NCBI GenBank assembly: GCA_051942165.1
Contig: JAVECS010000030.1
Location: 1 to 38,533 of the forward strand
DNA from: Circinaria calcarea
Taxonomy: Eukaryota
DNA length: 38,533 nucleotides
Direction: 5' to 3'
Below, piece by piece: positions 32,046-38,533 of the stretch (positions within the stretch are counted from its first letter, which is position 1; each line of letters begins with the position of its first letter). The position numbers and the translations under genes are program-made. The notes below the pieces were generated by a model. The model made no database searches. It was not told the origin of the DNA and saw nothing but the letters and a program-made list of their open reading frames with translations.

Positions 32046-35000
32046 TCAGCCCACAATCCCCCACCGCCCGCTCTCGAGCACGCTCTGCCGATCCAGCTCG
32101 TCCTGGTACATGCGCCTCACATCCGCCAGCGTGACGACTTTTCTCCTTTTGGCGCTTGCGCCGGCGCCTCCTCCGTTTCCTCTCTCACCGTTGACGAAAA
32201 CCCAGCCTTCTTCTTCTCCTTCTGCCCTGCCGGCACCGGCACCGGTACCGACGACAGCAAGAGCGTTGATGAGGACGAGGTGTTCATCCAGTAGAGTTTT
32301 CTCGTTTGCCTTTTTGGCTCCGGGTACCATTTGACGGGATTTCGGGTGTGCGGCTTTCAAGCGACTACCGGTATTGGCAGAGGAGGGCGTAGATTTCCTG
32401 GCCTCGAGCTGCGCCATTAGGACGCTAGCAGCGCCGCGGAAGTCTCCTCGTTTGGTGCGGTAGGCGTAGAGGAGCTTATACCATTGGATACCGCCTACGG
32501 TCGCTGTGGTGGAGGAATCGAGGTTCTGTTGGGTCTTGGTGGCGAGGAAGGCGTCGACTTCGGTATTGAGACCGAGCCAGGGGAGGGACATCATCTTTTC
32601 GCCTTCGCCTTGTTCTAGCATTCCCGTTATCAGTTGCGCGAGTGTTGCTCGCTGTAATGCGGTGTCGGAATAGCGGATGAGGGCTGAGTATGCGGTATCC
32701 CAATCCCGGATTGCACAAGAAGCGTGGAAGAGACGGGCTAAGAGGTCGGCGCGCTGGTCGGAGGTGGGGGAGTATTGAAGGGCTAAGCGAGCGAAAGTGA
32801 TGACATGGGCGTGAGCGTGGAGGGGCTCGAAGAGAGAGAGGATGTGAGAGTGGTAGTTCAAGGGGCCGGTAGACAGGAAGGAGGCGGCAAGGGGAGTGAG
32901 CAAATGGGAGGACGCGGTGGAGTAGGATATTAAAGGTTGAGCAGGACGAGCTAGAAAGAAGTCAGGTTTTGGTAGATGGGATTGAATGGGAGGGCAGGAA
33001 AGCTTTAAGCCAAGGGGGGGCTTACAAAGTTTGTACGCAGCTTGTTTGAAACAGATGACTGCTTCTGTGAATTGACTGCGTAGGAGGTAGAGGCGGCCTT
33101 TCATGTAAGTAGACCAAGCTGTAACAGGCTGGAATTGGAGAAAGGATGAGGAAAGATCGACATTGTTGTTCTTGAGTAGGTTGCACTGAATATGAACAAG
33201 GACTTGGTCAAGACTAATGCTAGGATCGTTCCCTCCTGTAACCCATTTCAGGAGATCTTCAATGTTGTTGGTTAGCGCAGCAGTTCCAGGCTGGTCGAGA
33301 TATGATCGAGGTTTAGGGTCGACAGCGAATAGATTTTCCAAGACTGTAGACTGCCCCATTGAGAAGTCGCTAGAAGGGGAAGTACTCTGCTCTGAAATAT
33401 CGGGTTCGGGTCGAAGGTTCGTCGCTAGCCATTGCATCATCTGATATGGTCTTAACTGGCTTATTAATTGTGTGTAGATTTGTGCTGCGTCAAAATTTAG
33501 CATCGGAGTTTCTTCTCTATCAACCTCCATATCGACGAAAACCACAAGTAGAAGGAGATCAGTAAGTATTCGTGTATGGAGCCCTATCATATCATGTGCA
33601 CCTTTCACTAGGACACTCAGACCGAATTTGGTAGTTACTAGCCCAGAGTCCTCGGTAGACATTGATTGTGGCAGCATGTCAAGAATTGCTTCGAAAGATG
33701 CGGTATCCAGACCACCAAAGCCACCAATGTCTCCCAAAGCTGCTTCGAGGTCGTTGTACTGCCTATCTCCAACCTCTCCTGCAAAATTACAACGGTCATA
33801 AAATGACTGGAGGCGTACTGGGACAGAAAATGACGACTCTCGCCAGAGCTCAGCTCTAAGAATATTCTTGCATGACAAACTGAGAGCTTCTGAGAAACCG
33901 GTGCGAAACTCTGCAGCAGCTTCTATGAGCAGTGCAAGCTCATCAGGAAGCGGAGGCTCCGACTCAGTGTTCGTCATCTCAACAGAAGGTGCGACCAAGA
34001 GGTTGAGATTCCTATTCAGATCACGGGACTTGTTGTGAGCAAGGAGTTCTGTTTGACTGCACTCTCGGGCCACGGAGCAGCCATCTGCGAACAGGATCCA
34101 TGGGATGTTGACATGGTCGTCATAGCCGAGCGATAGTGGTTCCCATCGTGACTGCTCCAAAGCGTCTGCAATCGACCAGTAGCTCGCCCACTCATTGTAA
34201 ATATCATCACGATACCTGGTGAAGTTCGCACTACCAGCATCTTTTGGTTGGAATTGGGATCGATGTGTGACACAAAATGCGATTCGTTCTTTGAGTGAAG
34301 CTTTGCTATTTTCTCGGATGGATGCATTGCCGGTTTGTTGATATATTGATAGAGCTGTCTCAAGGACCTTATCGGGGAGACGACCAGCGGTGAATAAAAA
34401 GTTAAGCCACTTCTCGTTTCCATCCTCGGAATCCAGATCTAACCCTTTGGACGGTGGTTCACTAAACGGAGTCGTCTTCGGCGCATCGATCGCCGTAGTT
34501 GACCAGTTATGCTGCCAATCTTCCGTAAGATTAAGTAGGTCAGCCTTTTTGGTATAAAGCATATACCTCCTGTTCAGCCTCATTAGGCACCAAATTTCCA
34601 ATCCTTGACCACCATCAGCACTCTTGATTTTGAAATCAGCCATGGTCCACAATGTGCCATCATCGGGATCAGGGAGTCTAAAAGTCTTGTCAGGGAATAA
34701 GTCGCGAATACCAGACTCAAAGTGATCTGCATCACGAACAGCCCAAAATTTGAAGATCCCTGAGTCGTGCGGTGAAAAAGTTGCGATATAGTATTGGTCT
34801 CCATCCCTTGCGCCCCGAGTTTGGAAAACTCGTAGCATTCCGGGCGCGCTGGGATTTAGCATAACTTTAGGGATTTCCTGTGGCTCTCGGTGCTTGCCCT
34901 GGAGGTCTCTTGAGAAGGTAACTCTACCCGTCTGGTTGTTCCATGCCTTGAGTGTATGGTTGAGACAGACAGCAAAGGTATGACTGTTAGTTGGAGAGAA

Positions 35001-35795
35001 TGCCAACGTAATTACTGTATCTTGATCAAGGATATTGCCGTCGTACCGCACCGTGTTGTTTCCTTGCCATCGTATAAGCCCACGGAGAGATGAACCCCAT
35101 TGTCCATCGCCAAATGTCCGCTCCAACCACTTTGAGCCATCATCTCCAGGCCGCCTGGTCAAACGCATTAACCGACCGTCACCCAAAGCGACCATGAGCT
35201 CGTTAGGCCCGCATACAAACAATCGGTGTGGTGGGCTAAGCGTGAAAGATGCCGGTTTAAAGACTTTGAAGCATCTTCCTAAATCGTCCTCCAAAGCTGC
35301 TGGGCGACAAAAGAGATCCGGTCGAAGGGTAAAAGTGTATAGGTCATGACCCTTGGTGAGTACGAAAAGGTGTAATATGTCTTGTTCCCCCGCATCTGCC
35401 AATGCAACACCATTATGCCGTATCGCACTCGGAAAAGCCAGTCGGATGATGTGAGTTGCTTCCTTCGTCTCGAGCTCACCCTTGCTGATATCCACAGATC
35501 GCAGTTCGAGAATATGATCCTCTTCCAAACATCGCCAGACGAAGTTTCGTGGGTATTTCTTGCCCTTGCAAAAGTATGTCGATCCCCAGGTAGCTATATG
35601 GTTTTTTCGGAAGGCTTCTTCATCCTTACAGCCGGGAATCCTACTTAGGATCTGATGTTGGCTGCGTGAGGAACGGATTAATGCGTGGGTGGACGGAAGC
35701 TGTATCTGGATAATTGACCTTGGATAGAAGGGCTCGAGACCCACTCGCGTCTCCTTGTAGAGACACAACGAAGCCGTGGGAGGCAGTGAATCCAT
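32046..35795 (-). CDS. NUP120: Nucleoporin Nup120/Nup160 (~1224 aa)
   Basis: Exons 35795-33026 and 32950-32046; intron 33025-32951 (GTAAG..CTGAC..TAG). N-terminal LYKETR and YPRNFVWR..LELRSVD, beta-propeller-like region (CLNHTLKAWN, FKFWAV), C-terminal YKLLYAYR..GDFRGAA and RKVVTLADVRRMYQDELDR. Confidence 0.9.
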   Translation of the reverse strand: MDSLPPTASLCLYKETRVGLEPFYPRSIIQIQLPSTHALIRSSRSQHQILSRIPGCKDEEAFRKNHIATWGSTYFCKGKKYPRNFVWRCLEEDHILELRSVDISKGELETKEATHIIRLAFPSAIRHNGVALADAGEQDILHLFVLTKGHDLYTFTLRPDLFCRPAALEDDLGRCFKVFKPASFTLSPPHRLFVCGPNELMVALGDGRLMRLTRRPGDDGSKWLERTFGDGQWGSSLRGLIRWQGNNTVRYDGNILDQDTVITLAFSPTNSHTFAVCLNHTLKAWNNQTGRVTFSRDLQGKHREPQEIPKVMLNPSAPGMLRVFQTRGARDGDQYYIATFSPHDSGIFKFWAVRDADHFESGIRDLFPDKTFRLPDPDDGTLWTMADFKIKSADGGQGLEIWCLMRLNRRYMLYTKKADLLNLTEDWQHNWSTTAIDAPKTTPFSEPPSKGLDLDSEDGNEKWLNFLFTAGRLPDKVLETALSIYQQTGNASIRENSKASLKERIAFCVTHRSQFQPKDAGSANFTRYRDDIYNEWASYWSIADALEQSRWEPLSLGYDDHVNIPWILFADGCSVARECSQTELLAHNKSRDLNRNLNLLVAPSVEMTNTESEPPLPDELALLIEAAAEFRTGFSEALSLSCKNILRAELWRESSFSVPVRLQSFYDRCNFAGEVGDRQYNDLEAALGDIGGFGGLDTASFEAILDMLPQSMSTEDSGLVTTKFGLSVLVKGAHDMIGLHTRILTDLLLLVVFVDMEVDREETPMLNFDAAQIYTQLISQLRPYQMMQWLATNLRPEPDISEQSTSPSSDFSMGQSTVLENLFAVDPKPRSYLDQPGTAALTNNIEDLLKWVTGGNDPSISLDQVLVHIQCNLLKNNNVDLSSSFLQFQPVTAWSTYMKGRLYLLRSQFTEAVICFKQAAYKLCKPPLGLKLSCPPIQSHLPKPDFFLARPAQPLISYSTASSHLLTPLAASFLSTGPLNYHSHILSLFEPLHAHAHVITFARLALQYSPTSDQRADLLARLFHASCAIRDWDTAYSALIRYSDTALQRATLAQLITGMLEQGEGEKMMSLPWLGLNTEVDAFLATKTQQNLDSSTTATVGGIQWYKLLYAYRTKRGDFRGAASVLMAQLEARKSTPSSANTGSRLKAAHPKSRQMVPGAKKANEKTLLDEHLVLINALAVVGTGAGAGRAEGEEEGWVFVNGERGNGGGAGASAKRRKVVTLADVRRMYQDELDRQSVLESGRWGIVG

Positions 35796-36544
35796 GAGGC
35801 CTACAGTGCTTTGGTGCCCTATTGAAGTGTACGTCCAGAGTCTGTACCGAATCCAAACAATCCTTGGCGCGTATAAAAGATACCACAGCCCGCTTGGCTC
35901 GCTTGCGCTTAGGCCTCAGCTCTGTACCCCTGATTCCCGTACCTACTCCTTGAGTTACATATTCGTACGTTAATCCCATGTCTCAAACCTCACCTCTTGC
36001 CTCTCAGACATATGTCACTATTTACGAAGTAGGGTGAGGGCATTCTACTTGTTCTTATGACCACTCTAATACATACATTTGAGATCCGAAGCTGCGCCTA
36101 AGGAGTACGCTGTACGGCAGAAAGAGAAAAGCCGCGGGCACATTATGCTTCCACATAAGCAGTAGATGTTGATTTGTACCGTCATTTTGTGGGTACGTGG
36201 TGCTCATACCACCTTCCTCACATACTATATGCACAGTCTACCGACAATTGAACTGCCAGGGAAACACTCGTGCCAAAATAGGTCACGTGATACCATGCGT
36301 TTCTCATTATCAAACCGCAATGGAGCTGATAACAACCTGAAACTTGTTAATCGGCCGAAGCAGAACAAGGTCCAAACCCTCCATGATCCCTTGGTATTAC
36401 CCGCAACGCGCAGTAGCGATACATGCATAAGGACATTTGACGTGCCTCCGTGTACCTTCATGTGGCCAAGAAATCTGATTCCTGATCAACCTGTCCCTTC
36501 AGTCGCTTTTGGAAAACCCTTTATTTTCATTTTGAGAGGAGAGG

Positions 36545-37763
36545 ATGTCTATATTCAGTAATATAGAATTCCAAGCTTGTGACACATTATACGGAAGAGA
36601 TCTTGATGCCCAAGACTGCAGAGATGCGATAGGTAAACTTCCCGAACGCGTTGGCATACGTGGCGCTCTTAGCGACGATGTCCAAAGTGATTATCGACTG
36701 TATCAGTTGCCTATTCGAAAATCCTCAGGTGAGTGAAAATCAGACTTGTTCAACCCACCTATTGAATCTAAACCCGCTTCGAGGTTCATGCTCCGTAACA
36801 ATCGAGTTCGGCGGTAGCAGTATTATACCAATAGGTCAGGGCATCCCAGATGGCTTCCGCAGCTCAGCCAGCATTCTTCTAGATTTGTGCGTTGTCCAGA
36901 GGGGCGGTTTGGGAGGCTTCATTACGGTGGATGTTCACAATCTGCTCGATTGGGCATTTGAAGATCCTTGGGTTCAGTCAATGCCATGGCTAGCGCCACC
37001 GCCGGTGGTAGCCTCTTTTATCACAGTCACTCTCAGTGGTCCGGATAACAGGAATGGTCCTCCGGGCAATTACGATTTTAGTATCCCTGATGGTATTGTC
37101 CAGCAGATGACGAGTTTTATGGCGGCTCATCCAGATTATAATAGGAATCAATATTCGAGGTTGGGGGATAAGCTACACTATTGGGCTCAGCGTGCTGAGC
37201 TGATGGGAAGACCAAGTACAATACCGTGGTGGCAGGTTCCAGTCCCTCGCGGCCCTGGAGACACAATCTATCAGTGTGACGTGGATCTCGGTAGTCCAGT
37301 AACCACGGATTGCAGCCAGGTATTGATGAATCAGCTCAGCACAGCTGCTGCCGCATCGGATACGCTTAGCCTCGCTTCGGGAGTAACTTTCTTCCATGCA
37401 AACACTTGTTATCTTGCCATCTCTGCCGGAGTGGCTCTCGTGCTTAGTTGGGCCCAGGTCCGGGTCGCAGTAACCTCGCTAATGGGTGCCTGCCTTCACC
37501 ATCCATATGGGCCAGCTCGAGGAGGAAGAGCGTATGTTGGATCTCAACCGAAGCAAGTGAGCGGTGGGAAAGGTAAGAGAACGAACAAGAGCCAGAACCG
37601 CACTCCGGCAAAGCTGAGTGCCTTGCCGCCGCATGTGAACATTACCATATTTGAACAACGGGAACCTTGGACGGATCCGGTCAACGAGCTCAAAACGTGT
37701 ACGTGGCAAGCCGTGGCAGATGAGCAACCTGTATCAAAATGTACTAAAGTGAAGGGAACTTGA
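36545..37763 (+). CDS. Lineage-restricted Cys-patterned hypothetical protein with two related modules (~387 aa); 5' end uncertain
   Basis: Exons 36545-36728 and 36784-37763, joined in phase by intron 36729-36783 (GTGAGT..CTAAA..GAG). Module 1: CDTLYGRDLDAQDCRDAIGKLP..LP..GSCSVTI..LCV..GGLGG. Module 2: YQCDVDLGSPVTTDC..TCYLAI..L..AC..GGRA. Confidence 0.65.
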
Positions 37764-38099
37764 TATACACACTTCTTTCAACGGCCCTTGGGACGCAGTA
37801 ATCCAGCTGTTTTCCGGAACGCACTGCTCACCCCGTTACGAATGCGATTAAAGTGGCGAAAAGTTCCAGAAGAAAATCCGGATATCTAACAGCTTCACGG
37901 TTGTAATAGGGGATGTTTTCAGGTATAAATTAATGGTCCTTGTAGGATTGGGAAGTCAAAAATTTTCTGGATCCTATTTTTTATATTTCTGACGCACAAA
38001 AGGTCTGAAATCTTTAAAACTATACGTCGAGACTCAATTCACCAGTCCCTCCCTTCTTCACAGTCGTAAGGGGGGCAAACGGGGTTGAATTTCAAGGGC

Positions 38100-38400
38100 C
38101 CCAGCTGTGATAATTCTCCCCTTCCCCCCCAAAAATGCCTCCATCTCGCATAGCTTATTTGAATATATCATCTGCAGGACTTTTTAGCCTTTGGGAACAC
38201 ACCGGTCCGATACCTTGCCTTATTTCCACCGCTCTCTTTGTTATAAAAAAAAAAAATTGGAACCAAAAAAACCCCCCGCATCCTATCCCATCCCTGTTTC
38301 CCTTTCCCTTCTCCTTTCCATTTCCCTTTCCCAATCCCAATCCCAATCCCTTTTCCTCTAGAAACCCCCCCCCCTTCCTTCCTTCACCCAAGGATTTCCA
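38100..38400. repeat. Low-complexity pyrimidine-rich and homopolymer-rich tract at the window end
   Basis: A and C runs, plus TTTCCC-like and CCCAAT-like hexamer repeats at 38290-38350. Confidence 0.6.
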
Positions 38401-38533
38401 CACCGTTTCCCTTGTCCTGTCCTTATAACAAATATCATGGAATACCAAACTACCGTTCTACCGTTGTATACATATACAAACTGCCCTCAAGATTAAGTTC
38501 TCAGGGATGCGATGGGATTGAAGACTTCACTAG

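Noticed and set aside
38135..38448. ORFs on both strands (FPFPFPNPNP and GLGLGKG) and a possible repeat element at the window end
   Set aside because: These are products of low-complexity hexamer and homopolymer sequence. There are no terminal repeats or transposase motifs, and base-calling artefacts cannot be excluded.
1..38533. CRISPR arrays, rRNA or tRNA genes, transposons, prokaryotic operons or defence systems
   Set aside because: None seen. Spliceosomal introns and core eukaryotic genes account for most of the window.

Overview
This is eukaryotic, intron-containing DNA from a filamentous ascomycete (Pezizomycotina). The last gene resembles families I associate with lichen-forming Lecanoromycetes, which is an inference. 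The window is a gene-dense housekeeping block of 12 protein-coding genes, whose exon structures I rebuilt by hand from GT..AG sites, branch points and reading-frame phase. In order: a WW-domain protein (-), a ~2350-aa disordered Trp-Gly/Lys-repeat protein (-), CHD1 (-), RLI1/ABCE1 (+), PRP40 (-), TRS65 (+), an Mpv17/PMP22 membrane protein (+), PGK1 (+), SEM1/DSS1 (-), IML2 (+), NUP120 (-) and a Cys-patterned two-module orphan protein (+). No RNA genes, transposons or CRISPR arrays are supported. Best leads: (1) a hidden intron overlapping the PGK stop codon that would swap the C-terminus for a peroxisomal-signal-like -PKL; (2) the giant WG-repeat protein with clustered PPxY motifs, lying next to a WW-domain gene; (3) a coding-like alternative C-terminus after the RLI1 stop; (4) a 7-nt first coding exon and long first intron in CHD1.
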